64,000 nt of DNA from positions 2,336,001 through 2,400,000 of the forward strand of contig OY762825.2 in assembly GCA_963666425.2 (NCBI GenBank), read 5' to 3'. The notes beneath the pieces are model-generated. The model was not told the DNA's origin. It made no database searches and was given only the letters and a program-made list of their open reading frames with translations. Positions 17,921 to 27,279 of the stretch are shown here, piece after piece (within the stretch, counting starts at the first letter, position 1; each line of letters opens with the position of its first letter). Source of the DNA: Bacillota bacterium (lineage in GTDB: Bacteria > Bacillota > JAAYKD01). Made by a program: the position numbers and the translations under genes.

Positions 17921-18528
17921 AAATCACCACGCAAATTACAGCGCGCGATCGCTTGCTGTTGGCGCTGCTTTTAATCATCGTGATCCTGGCCGGTTCGGTC
18001 AATTATCTGATTCTGCCGGCGCTGAACCGTAAAGCGGACCTTGAAATTGAATTAGACGATTTGAGAACGCAAAAAAAAGAAATGGCATATATCATTGCTT
18101 CCGGCGAAGCGGCAGCGGCAGAATTGACGCTTGCCCAGCAGCAATTGGCGGCGGCAATCGAGCGTCTACCGGTTGCTCTCAGCAATAAAGAACTGGATAC
18201 GCTGATCACAGGGTTAGAGCTCCGCTGTAATCTCTTACCAACCGCTTTGACCATTCAGGATGCGAAAGAGACGGTTGTTTTACCCTATAATCGAGCAGCC
18301 GAAGCAGCCAAGCAGACCGGTGGTTCTCTGCTGACCTCCATGCTTACTCTGAAATGCAGCGGCAGTCAGACGGATTTTCTGCGTTTTATGGATCTCCTCT
18401 CGGCAGAATACAACTACATTCGGCTGACCAAATTCGCAGTCACAGCTGCCATCGAGGATGTCGGCGCAATCGGTGCAACTGAAATGGATATTTCCTGTTC
18501 CTTTGAAATTTATATGTATCAGAAGTAA
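17917..18528 (+). CDS. pilO: PilO/GspM-like alignment protein
   Basis: ITARDRLLL + TM + coiled coil; CSGSQTDFLRFM. Confidence 0.75.
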   Translation: MKITTQITARDRLLLALLLIIVILAGSVNYLILPALNRKADLEIELDDLRTQKKEMAYIIASGEAAAAELTLAQQQLAAAIERLPVALSNKELDTLITGLELRCNLLPTALTIQDAKETVVLPYNRAAEAAKQTGGSLLTSMLTLKCSGSQTDFLRFMDLLSAEYNYIRLTKFAVTAAIEDVGAIGATEMDISCSFEIYMYQK

Positions 18529-18537
18529 AGCTGGGGG

Positions 18538-20226
18538 ATGAATGTGAAAAATCTACCAATCGGGGAACTCTTAAGAGAGATGGGTTATATCACGGATGAA
18601 CAGATTCAATCGGCCTTAGCTTATCAAAAAGAGCATGATCATTTCAGAATGGGTGCCGCCCTGATTGAGTTGGGCTTTATCTCTGAAAAACAAATGCTGA
18701 TTGCTTTGGCACAGCGCCTGAATTTGCAGACCGTGAAAGTGGATCATTATCCGGTTGACCCGGAAGCGGTCAAACTGATCCCGCGCCAATTGGCGGAAAA
18801 ATACGGTATTCTGGCGGTGAAGACGAACGGGACGCTGCTGACGGTCATTACAAACGATCCTCTGAATTTCTACGCTCTAGAGGATATCCGGCAGTTGACC
18901 GAGCAGATGCTGGAAATTTTATTAACTGAACAAGCGCCGCTGCAGAAAGCCATCGCTTATTATTATACCGAGATTACAGCGCAGCAGGCCGCGCTCAATG
19001 CCAATCTGGAACCGGCCAAAGAAATCAACCGCGAATTCACCGGAGCCGCCATCATCAATGATGAAAACAGTGATGCGCCGGTCATCCGCCTGATCGATAG
19101 TCTGATCCAAAAAGCCTACAGCATTCAAGCCAGCGACGTGCATCTGGAACCGTTCGAAGCCAATACCATGGTGCGGATGCGGATTGACGGCGTGATTGTA
19201 GAATATCTGACCTTGCAGAATTCTCTGCATCCGTCTTTGATTGCCAGGATCAAGATCATGTCCAATATGGATATTACCGAAAAGCGCATCCCGCAGGACG
19301 GACATTTTCGCACCCGGGTCAGCGGTGAGGATCTTAACGTGCGTGTCTCCATTATTCCGACGGTTTTTGGTGAGAAAGCGGTCATGCGTTTGCTGGCCAA
19401 TAATACACGCATCGATTATTCCGGCCAATTTGGTATGAATGAGGATGCTTACAATCGTTTTCTACCCATGCTGGACTACCCGCACGGGATTATCTATATC
19501 ACCGGACCAACCGGTTCCGGCAAATCAACAACCCTTTATATGGTGTTGGAGCGATTAGCTAAACGCAAAGTCAATATCACGACCATTGAAGATCCGGTCG
19601 AGAAAAACATCCGCGGCGTCAATCAAACCCAAGTCAATCCGGTGGCGGGTCTGACTTTTGAAAGTGGTCTGCGCTCTTTGCTGCGGCAGGATCCGGACAT
19701 CATTATGGTGGGAGAAACCCGGGATGCCGAAACGGCTTCCATCTCTGTGCGCGCCGCCATCACGGGTCATATCGTGCTTTCCACTTTGCATACCAACAAT
19801 GCCACCGCCTCGATCGTGCGTTTACAGGATATGGGGATTGAAAATTACCTGATCGCCAATTCGCTGGTCGGCATTGTCGCGCAGCGCTTGCTGCGTAAGA
19901 ACTGCCCCAATTGTCTGCAGGAAATGGAAGTGACACCGGCCGAACGCAAGTGGCTGCCGGCTGACATCCTAACGGTCAAACGCAGCACCGGCTGTGTGCA
20001 ATGCAACCAAACGGGTTATCTTGGCCGGATTGCTGTGCATGAGGTTGTGACCATTGATAAAGACCTGCGCAGTATGATCGCTCGCAGCGCCAGCATGGAA
20101 GAGATCGATCATTACGCCATCAAAGTGCAGGGAATGCAGACGCTGCAGGATCAAGCTTTGGAATTGGTGCGCAAAGGTCAGATTTGTATGGAAGAAATGA
20201 TCAAATTGATGTTCTATGCGGCGTAA
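18538..20226 (+). CDS. pilB: Type IV pilus extension ATPase PilB (GspE family) with N-terminal MshEN-like region
   Basis: Walker A GPTGSGKST, TIEDPVE, LRQDPDIIMVGE, STLHTN, CPNC/CVQC Zn motif; N-terminal IGELL..G.I / RMGAALIELG. Confidence 0.96.
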   Translation: MNVKNLPIGELLREMGYITDEQIQSALAYQKEHDHFRMGAALIELGFISEKQMLIALAQRLNLQTVKVDHYPVDPEAVKLIPRQLAEKYGILAVKTNGTLLTVITNDPLNFYALEDIRQLTEQMLEILLTEQAPLQKAIAYYYTEITAQQAALNANLEPAKEINREFTGAAIINDENSDAPVIRLIDSLIQKAYSIQASDVHLEPFEANTMVRMRIDGVIVEYLTLQNSLHPSLIARIKIMSNMDITEKRIPQDGHFRTRVSGEDLNVRVSIIPTVFGEKAVMRLLANNTRIDYSGQFGMNEDAYNRFLPMLDYPHGIIYITGPTGSGKSTTLYMVLERLAKRKVNITTIEDPVEKNIRGVNQTQVNPVAGLTFESGLRSLLRQDPDIIMVGETRDAETASISVRAAITGHIVLSTLHTNNATASIVRLQDMGIENYLIANSLVGIVAQRLLRKNCPNCLQEMEVTPAERKWLPADILTVKRSTGCVQCNQTGYLGRIAVHEVVTIDKDLRSMIARSASMEEIDHYAIKVQGMQTLQDQALELVRKGQICMEEMIKLMFYAA

Positions 20227-20307
20227 ACTTTCACTGAACAAAGAAAGCCGCTTTGCTGCCTGAAGAAAAAGCCTGCAGCGTTGCAACCGGAAAGGGAGAA
20301 TTACTTT

Positions 20308-21363
20308 ATGGCGATCAATATGGCAAGCATTGTGGAAATTGCCCGTGAGATGCATTGCTCCGATATTCATCTGTCGGTGGGCTTACCGCCGACTTTTCGT
20401 ATCGCCGGCAGTCTGCAGCAGGCGCCGTTCGCCTTGACGGATCAGGAGACGGAAGAGCTGATCAAGACCATGATGACGGAAGATCAGCAAAAGCAATTGG
20501 AGTTGGGATTCGATCAGGATTTCGCTTTTACTACGGCGCAGCATTCCCGGCAGCGCGTCAATATCTACCGGCAGCAGGGAAGACTAGCCACTGCCATCCG
20601 GCTGCTGAATCATCGCATTCCGATCCTGGAAGAACTGGGCTTGCCGCCAATTTTACAAACCTTGGCCGACGAACCGCGTGGTCTGATCTTAGTAACCGGG
20701 CCAACCGGCAGCGGCAAATCCACTACGCTGGCGGCAATGATTGAAAACATCAATCGCAAGCGTGCGGAACATATCCTGACGGTAGAGGATCCCATCGAGT
20801 ATATCTATGAGCAAAAGATGGCGATCATTCACCAGCGCGAAGTAGGTCACGATGTGCAGTCGTTTGCGGCTGCTCTGCGCTCCGCCCTGCGTGAGGATCC
20901 CGATGTGATCCTGGTGGGCGAGATGCGCGATTTTGAAACGATTTCTGCGGCCGTTACAGCAGCGGAAACAGGTCATTTGGTCTTAAGTACGCTGCATACC
21001 AGCGGCGCTGCGCAAACCATCGATCGGATCATCGACGCCTGCCCGGCCTCGACACAGGGTCAAATCCGCATCCAACTTTCCACCATCCTGCGTGGTGTTG
21101 TGACACAGCAGCTGATCCCTTTGGCGGACGGCAGCGGCAGAACCGTGGCGACCGAGATTTTAATCGGCACCGATGCGGTTGGCAACATGATCCGCGAGAA
21201 TAAATGCCACCAGTTGGATTCGCAAATGCAGGCGGGAGCAGCTACCGGTATGCATACACTCAACGGAGATCTGGTTCGCTTGCTGACAGCCAAAAAGATT
21301 ACCAAAGAAAATGCCTTGAAATTCTCATCCAGTAAACGGGATTTACAGCAATATCTCAACTAA
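20308..21363 (+). CDS. pilT: Type IV pilus retraction ATPase PilT
   Basis: GPTGSGKSTT, ALREDPDVILVGEMRD, AAETGHLVLSTLHT, MIRENK, GMHT. Confidence 0.96.
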   Translation: MAINMASIVEIAREMHCSDIHLSVGLPPTFRIAGSLQQAPFALTDQETEELIKTMMTEDQQKQLELGFDQDFAFTTAQHSRQRVNIYRQQGRLATAIRLLNHRIPILEELGLPPILQTLADEPRGLILVTGPTGSGKSTTLAAMIENINRKRAEHILTVEDPIEYIYEQKMAIIHQREVGHDVQSFAAALRSALREDPDVILVGEMRDFETISAAVTAAETGHLVLSTLHTSGAAQTIDRIIDACPASTQGQIRIQLSTILRGVVTQQLIPLADGSGRTVATEILIGTDAVGNMIRENKCHQLDSQMQAGAATGMHTLNGDLVRLLTAKKITKENALKFSSSKRDLQQYLN

Positions 21364-21404
21364 CAGGCAACAAAATTCTGGCTGCAGCGCTCAGAGGGGA
21401 CAAA

Positions 21405-23054
21405 ATGAAGAAAAAATTGATCGGTTTGTTTTTGGTCGTTTTAGTCGTTTTTGTGGCTATACGGATCACGATTGTCGCTCGGGCCTCCGGGGGAGATCAT
21501 GCCGCCAGCGATAGCGAAGTTTTTACAACTACTTTTTCCGGGGGCGGCACGCAGAGCAACCCTTGGTTGATTGCCACGGCCGACCAGCTGAAACAATTGG
21601 CCAATCAGGTGAACAGCGGCAATCGTTATCAAGATAAATATCTTACTTTGGAAAACGATATTGTCTTGGATCAAACTTCCAGCTGGGTGATGATCGGCTA
21701 CTCCGCAGAGAACAGTTTTCAGGGAACTCTGGATGGCGGCGGACATCGGATCAGTGGTCTGTTGCTCTCGAATCCGGGTGCAGGCGAATTCCAGGGGCTC
21801 TTTGGTTACAATACCGGCACCATTCGCTCTCTGCGCGTGGAAGCTGCGATCATTAGCCTTACCCTGCCCACTGCCGGCAAGCAGACCTATTACGCAGGCA
21901 TCATCGCCGGCTGCAACGGCGGCACGATTGTAGATTGCTACAGTACGGGCAACATCACGATGACCGGCAAGAATCTCTATGCCGGCGGTATTGCCGGGCA
22001 GAATCTGGCTGCGATTCAATCCTGTTTTTTCAAGGGTTCGCTGAGCGCTGAAACGACAAACGGAACCAGCAACGGCGGTGGGATAACCGGCAGTCATACG
22101 GGAACGATCCGTAATTGTTACAATACCGGCAGCATCAGTGCATCTTCTTATGCCGGTGGGATTACGGGAATCTCGTTTGGCGGTGTTATCAAAACCAGTT
22201 ATAACAGCGGAACGATTTTTTCCGCTGCAAATTCAGGCGGCATCAGCGGCGCCAACCTCTTGAAAGCCGTTACCGAAAACTGCTATTATCTGGAATCCTG
22301 CGGTGGTACGCGTTCGGGCACCGCCTTGACAGCAGCTGCAATGGCGAAACAGTCTTCTTATCTCGGTTTTGATTTTTCAAAGGTTTGGACACTCACTGCG
22401 GCGGCATTACCGGAGTATCCTTATTTGGCTGTATTTGCTGCCAATGTAGTGTCAGAGTCACTGCCGCTCAGCACGGTCAGCCAAACCGCAGACCGGCAGC
22501 AAATGATCAGCAAATTGAACGATTTAGACCCTTCCGCTGGGTATTATGAAGCGGTGGTCTATTGCCTGCAAAACGGTTATATCAATGGCATGAGTGAAAC
22601 AGAATTCGCGCCTGAATTGGCGGCAACAAGAGTCATGTTGGTTGAGATGCTGGCAAATTTAGCTTGCATTGATCGTTTACAATATGACGAGGCCTCTGGC
22701 TTCAGCGACGTTGTCACCGGAAAATGGTACTCGGCAGCGATTCAATGGGCAGCGGAAACCGGGATCGTCAGCGGGATGAATCACGAGACATTTGCTTACA
22801 GTGCCAGTTTGACCCGTCAGCAAGCAGCCGTGATGCTTTACCAGTTCGCACAACTGCAAGGTCTGCAGAGCGGCTTCACTCAAGATGCGCGTCTGGCATT
22901 TACGGACGGTGCCACAACGGCAGACTGGGCAGCAGATGCTATGGACTGGGCTGTCAGCAGAGGAATCCTTTCGGGAACGAATCATCTGCTGGAGCCACAA
23001 AAAACGGCCAGCCGGGCCGATATCGCACAGTATGTTTACCGCTACTTGCATTAA
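21405..23054 (+). CDS. Secreted GLUG-motif protein with three C-terminal SLH domains
   Basis: Signal peptide; GGGTQSNPWLIAT, FQGTLDGGGH, repeated AGGIAG; SLH motifs TRVM/TRQQ/SRAD. Confidence 0.88.
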   Translation: MKKKLIGLFLVVLVVFVAIRITIVARASGGDHAASDSEVFTTTFSGGGTQSNPWLIATADQLKQLANQVNSGNRYQDKYLTLENDIVLDQTSSWVMIGYSAENSFQGTLDGGGHRISGLLLSNPGAGEFQGLFGYNTGTIRSLRVEAAIISLTLPTAGKQTYYAGIIAGCNGGTIVDCYSTGNITMTGKNLYAGGIAGQNLAAIQSCFFKGSLSAETTNGTSNGGGITGSHTGTIRNCYNTGSISASSYAGGITGISFGGVIKTSYNSGTIFSAANSGGISGANLLKAVTENCYYLESCGGTRSGTALTAAAMAKQSSYLGFDFSKVWTLTAAALPEYPYLAVFAANVVSESLPLSTVSQTADRQQMISKLNDLDPSAGYYEAVVYCLQNGYINGMSETEFAPELAATRVMLVEMLANLACIDRLQYDEASGFSDVVTGKWYSAAIQWAAETGIVSGMNHETFAYSASLTRQQAAVMLYQFAQLQGLQSGFTQDARLAFTDGATTADWAADAMDWAVSRGILSGTNHLLEPQKTASRADIAQYVYRYLH

Positions 23055-23082
23055 AAAGTAAGTGGATTTTACATGTTAGCAT

Positions 23083-23139
23083 AAATAGGAAAACCGACAG
23101 TAACGCTTGCCGCTGCTGTCGGTTTTCCTATTTGTTTTT
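23083..23139 (+). terminator. Intrinsic terminator of the pilus operon
   Basis: AAATAGGAAAACCGACAG...CTGTCGGTTTTCCTATTT plus T tract. Confidence 0.8.
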
Positions 23140-23350
23140 CAAATCAGCTGATTTTCTTCAGCGAAACGGTTGTTTTTTAGGCCTGATGCAATATGTAGTA
23201 TCATGGATATTTATGATGTTATGATAGTTTGCATCATGCTAAATAAGACAATTTTGAATTAAGAAATCGTTTGAAACTAACAATAATCATTAGAATGCGG
23301 CACTCTTACATTTCTCTTTATTCTGCTAAAATCTGGCGTGCCTGGAGAAC

Positions 23351-23378
23351 TTGACTTCGTGTTCATACGTGTTATACT
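23351..23378 (+). promoter_or_regulatory. sigA-type promoter for oadG-oadB
   Basis: TTGACT-16-TATACT. Confidence 0.6.
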
Positions 23379-23390
23379 TTCAGAGAATTT

Positions 23391-23446
23391 AATCGGTAGG
23401 GTTCTAATTTTCGGGCGCTTGTGCTAATTCGAGGACCGTGACGAGA
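23391..23446 (+). ncRNA. Probable Na+-sensing riboswitch (DUF1646/Na+-I class)
   Basis: TCGGTAG-GGTTCT...GGGCGC...AGGACC-GTGACGAG stem in the 5' UTR of Na+-pumping decarboxylase subunits; resemblance recalled from memory, not a covariance-model hit. Confidence 0.55.
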
Positions 23447-23520
23447 AGCTTAGCGCAAAAAAATCAATTTTATACTTGCCGCTTTTTTGTGCAAGTTGAA
23501 AGGAAGAGGGGGAAACTCGT

Positions 23521-23673
23521 ATGTCTTTATCAGCAGGTTTATTGGATTCTTTGTTTTGTATGACCGTAGTATTCGGTGTGCTGATCGTCTTGGCCGTGTT
23601 GATTCATTTATCCTCAAAGCTGATTATTGCTTTAACCGAAAAAGATACCAAGACGGATACGCCGACGGATTAA
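23521..23673 (+). CDS. oadG: OadG-family small subunit of a Na+-translocating decarboxylase (50 aa; absent from the ORF track)
   Basis: MSLSAGLLDSLFCMTVVFGVLIVLAVLIHLSSKLII..; purine-rich RBS; directly upstream of oadB. Confidence 0.8.
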   Translation: MSLSAGLLDSLFCMTVVFGVLIVLAVLIHLSSKLIIALTEKDTKTDTPTD

Positions 23674-23724
23674 CCGCTTGCCGCGCTTTGAACCGCCAAA
23701 CTTTGTTAAGGAAGGAAGAAAAAT

Positions 23725-24861
23725 ATGTTTCTTGAATCATTAATAAAAATCCTCCAGGAATCCGGCTTTGCAGCCCTGACCTGGCGCTCTATGCTGATGA
23801 TTGTGATTGCCTGTGTGCTGATTTATCTGGCGATCGGGAAAAAATTCGAACCGCTGCTGCTGCTTCCCATTGCTTTTGGTATGTTGCTGGCCAATCTGCC
23901 TTTAACCGGAATTATGAATGCGCCGTCAGCCACCTCCCCGATCGGCGGTTTGCTTTATTACTTATATCAAGGGGTGGAACTAGATATTTACCCTTCTTTG
24001 ATCTTCCTGGGCATCGGCGCCATGACGGATTTTGGTCCTCTGATTGCCAGTCCCAGCAGTTTATTGATGGGTGCCGGTGCTCAATTAGGCGTGGTGGTGG
24101 CTTTCTTGATTGCTACTGTGCTTGGCTTTAATCCTGGCGAAGCGGCTTCAATTGGTATTATCGGCGGTGCTGACGGTCCGACAGCCATCTATTTGACCTC
24201 AAGACTGGCGCCGCATCTGTTGGCTCCGATTGCCATTGCGGCTTATTCTTATATGGCCTTGATCCCTTTAATTCAACCGCCGATTATGCGGCTTTTGACG
24301 ACAAAAAAAGAGCGCGAAATTAAAATGGAACAGATGCGCAAAGTTTCCAAAATCGAAAAAGTCTGCTTCCCAATCATCGTAACGATTTTCTGCACTCTTT
24401 TACTTCCTTCCGTTGCTCCTCTGATCGGGATGTTGATGATGGGTAACCTCTTCCGGGAATCCGGTGTGACGGAACGTCTCTCCAATACCGCTCAAAATGA
24501 TTTGTGCAACATCGTCACCATTTTCTTAGGCACGACGGTTGGCGCAACTTCGGTCGGAGAGCGCTTCTTGCAACCGGAGACTTTAAAAATCATCGCTTTG
24601 GGCCTGGTTGCTTTCATGGTCAGCACCGTGGGTGGTTTGTTGATTGGTAAGTTGATGTGTGTGGTCAGCGGCGGCAAAGTCAATCCGTTGATCGGTTCCG
24701 CCGGCGTTTCCGCCGTACCAATGGCTGCCCGGGTTTCTCATATTGAAGGCCAAAAAGCCAATCGCTCCAACTGGTTACTCATGCATGCCATGGGACCGAA
24801 TGTAGCCGGTGTAATCGGAACAGCTGTGGCTGCCGGTGTTTATCTGACGCTCTTCCAATAA
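23725..24861 (+). CDS. oadB: Na+-translocating decarboxylase beta subunit
   Basis: FEPLLLLPIAFG, GAMTDFGPL, IGIIGGADGPT, GVSAVPMAARV, HAMGPNVAGVIG. Confidence 0.96.
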   Translation: MFLESLIKILQESGFAALTWRSMLMIVIACVLIYLAIGKKFEPLLLLPIAFGMLLANLPLTGIMNAPSATSPIGGLLYYLYQGVELDIYPSLIFLGIGAMTDFGPLIASPSSLLMGAGAQLGVVVAFLIATVLGFNPGEAASIGIIGGADGPTAIYLTSRLAPHLLAPIAIAAYSYMALIPLIQPPIMRLLTTKKEREIKMEQMRKVSKIEKVCFPIIVTIFCTLLLPSVAPLIGMLMMGNLFRESGVTERLSNTAQNDLCNIVTIFLGTTVGATSVGERFLQPETLKIIALGLVAFMVSTVGGLLIGKLMCVVSGGKVNPLIGSAGVSAVPMAARVSHIEGQKANRSNWLLMHAMGPNVAGVIGTAVAAGVYLTLFQ

Positions 24862-24910
24862 AGAGACCAGTTTTGATTCGTTCCTAAAATGAAATAGCTA
24901 CAAGCTTAAA

Positions 24911-24952
24911 GAAAACGGAACCGTTCCCCTTAGGAGAAGCGGTTCCGTTTTT
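24911..24952. terminator. Bidirectional terminator between oadB and ftsH
   Basis: AAAACGGAACCG...CGGTTCCGTTTT. Confidence 0.8.
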
Positions 24953-24993
24953 GTCTGTTCATATCAGTATGAGAGGATGCTGTCTTACCGGTT

Positions 24994-26994
24994 TTATTCG
25001 GGATCCTTTCTGTCTGCCTTGGGAGGTTCGGCAATCGGATCGGCTGCATTAACGGGAATTTCCGTTTCGGCAACAGAGGGTGCCGGCTCCGCAGTCGGGT
25101 TTTCAGAGGTTGCAGGCACAGCCGCCGGTATAACAATTGCTTCAGTTGGCTCGGCTTTTTTGCCTTCCAATTTTTCCAGGAACTCTTTCCCGGTGATGGT
25201 TTCTTTCTCCAATAAGTATTCGGTCAGTTCATCCAGCATGCTGCGGTTCTGCAGCAGAATTTCTTTTGCTTTGGCATGACAATTGCGGATGATCTGTAAA
25301 ACTTCCTGATCCACAATCGTCGCGGTATCATTGGCGCAGACGAGAGAAGCATCACCGCTCAAATAGGCATTGTTGATGGTCTCCAACATCATCATATCGA
25401 AGTTATCACTCATGCCAAGACGAGTGACCATGGCGCGAGCCAGGCGGGTTGCCTGCTCAATATCATTAGCAGCCCCGGAAGTGATTTCGTTAAAGCAAAT
25501 TTCCTCGGCAGCCCGGCCGGCGGTTAAGACCGTGATGCGGGCTAAGGTATCGCTGCGGGATAAGAGCACATGTTCTTCTTCGGCAAGCTGCATGGTGTAA
25601 CCAAGTGCACCGGAGGTGCGGGGAACGATGGTGATCTTGTGTACCAACTGTTCTTTGTCAGCAAATGCGGCAACCAAGGCATGCCCGATTTCGTGGCTGG
25701 CAATCACGCGCCGTTCTTTCGGGGAAATCACGGCTGTCTTGCGTTGTTCGCCGGCTAAGGTCGTTTCGACTGCTTCATCCAGATCTTGTTGATTGACCAG
25801 CAGGCGATTGTTGCGCACGGTGCGCAGCGCCGCTTCGTTGATGATATTAGCCAGATCCGCACCCGAGGCACCGGGAGTGGAGCGGGCAATCGAACCAAGA
25901 TCGATATTTGTTTCGGCCTTGACACTCTTGATGTGGACTTTTAAAATAGCTTCGCGGCCTTTCAGATCGGGCAGCTCGACGGGAATGCGGCGATCAAAAC
26001 GGCCTGGCCGCAAGAGGGCGCGGTCGAGGACTTCCGGGCGGTTAGTAGCCGCCAGGATGATCACGCCTTTGGAAGAATCAAAGCCGTCCATTTCAGAAAG
26101 CAATTGATTGAGTGTCTGCTCGCGTTCATCATTGCCGCCCATGCCACCTGCATCGCGGCGTTTGCCGATCGTATCGATTTCATCGATAAAAACGATACAG
26201 GGGGCTTTTTCCTGCGCTTGTTTGAATAAGTCACGCACCCGGGCAGCGCCCATACCGACAAACATTTCTACGAATTCACTGCCGGTAATAGAGAAGAAGG
26301 GAACACCGGCTTCTCCGGCGACTGCTTTGGCCAGTAAGGTTTTACCGGTTCCCGGCGGGCCGACCAATAAGACCCCTTTGGGGATTTTCGCGCCGACATT
26401 GCTGTATTTTGCGGGGTTATGCAGGAAATCCACGACCTCCAGCAAAGAATCTTTGGCTTCTTCCTGGCCGGCTACATCGGCGAAAGTTTTACCGGTCTGC
26501 GCTTCCACATAGACCTTGGCATTGCTTTTACCAAACGACATCGCGCCGCCACCCATCCTTTTGGCCATTTGCTTGGAGAGCAATTGACCCAGGACAACAA
26601 AAATTCCGATCGGCAGAATCCAAGTAATGATAAACTCTAGGAAAGGAGAGAGCTGTTCCGGAATCTTACTATAGAAGTTGATCCCGTCAATGGCAGAAAG
26701 CCGATCAACTAAATTGGGATCGTTGATATATCCGGTTTCATATTGCGGCTTAGTACCATTGGTATCTGCTTTCCCGATGATATAAATCCGCGTATCTTCT
26801 AAGACAACGGTTTCAATTTTATCTTCTTTCAGCATGTCCAGAAAAGTACTGTATTCGATGGTTTCTACTTTCACTTCCATCATCCAGGGGATGATGAGTG
26901 TATTAAAGATAAAAATCGCCGCCAGCACAATCGCATAATAAAACATCAGTGAATTTTTAGGCTTTTGGAGTGGGTTTTTTAAGGGGTTTTTCAT
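24994..26994 (-). CDS. ftsH: ATP-dependent zinc metalloprotease FtsH
   Basis: Two TM segments, [29 protein letters not shown]. Confidence 0.97.
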   Translation of the reverse strand: MKNPLKNPLQKPKNSLMFYYAIVLAAIFIFNTLIIPWMMEVKVETIEYSTFLDMLKEDKIETVVLEDTRIYIIGKADTNGTKPQYETGYINDPNLVDRLSAIDGINFYSKIPEQLSPFLEFIITWILPIGIFVVLGQLLSKQMAKRMGGGAMSFGKSNAKVYVEAQTGKTFADVAGQEEAKDSLLEVVDFLHNPAKYSNVGAKIPKGVLLVGPPGTGKTLLAKAVAGEAGVPFFSITGSEFVEMFVGMGAARVRDLFKQAQEKAPCIVFIDEIDTIGKRRDAGGMGGNDEREQTLNQLLSEMDGFDSSKGVIILAATNRPEVLDRALLRPGRFDRRIPVELPDLKGREAILKVHIKSVKAETNIDLGSIARSTPGASGADLANIINEAALRTVRNNRLLVNQQDLDEAVETTLAGEQRKTAVISPKERRVIASHEIGHALVAAFADKEQLVHKITIVPRTSGALGYTMQLAEEEHVLLSRSDTLARITVLTAGRAAEEICFNEITSGAANDIEQATRLARAMVTRLGMSDNFDMMMLETINNAYLSGDASLVCANDTATIVDQEVLQIIRNCHAKAKEILLQNRSMLDELTEYLLEKETITGKEFLEKLEGKKAEPTEAIVIPAAVPATSENPTAEPAPSVAETEIPVNAADPIAEPPKADRKDPE

Positions 26995-27279
26995 ATTCGT
27001 GATCCTTTCATAATATTAAGGGACAAAAAGATTCTAGTTATAATAGTTCGTGCTTTTCGCCTGTCAGACCTGCCTGCAATTTAAGTATTTTGTATGATGA
27101 ATCTTTGACAAATCTGTAAAAAAGAGAAATCTGCAGCCGGTTTTTTAAAAATGCAGGGATCCGGTCAGGCAAAGCCGAATTTAGATAGATAAAGTAGGTG
27201 CAGGAACGAAAGGTTTGCCTGTCAATGAGCCTGGTGCATATTTTCCAGAGATGAAAGAATAAAAAATGGAGTGTTAACA

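Noticed and set aside
23487-23735. 82-aa ORF from the ORF track upstream of oadB
   Set aside because: Wrong frame; the overlapping 23521-23673 frame has an RBS and an OadG-like TM sequence.
27150-27235. Possible c-di-GMP-I riboswitch (GGCAAA / GAAAGGTTTGCC words)
   Set aside because: Motif elements are not in the required order and the P1/P2 architecture could not be built.
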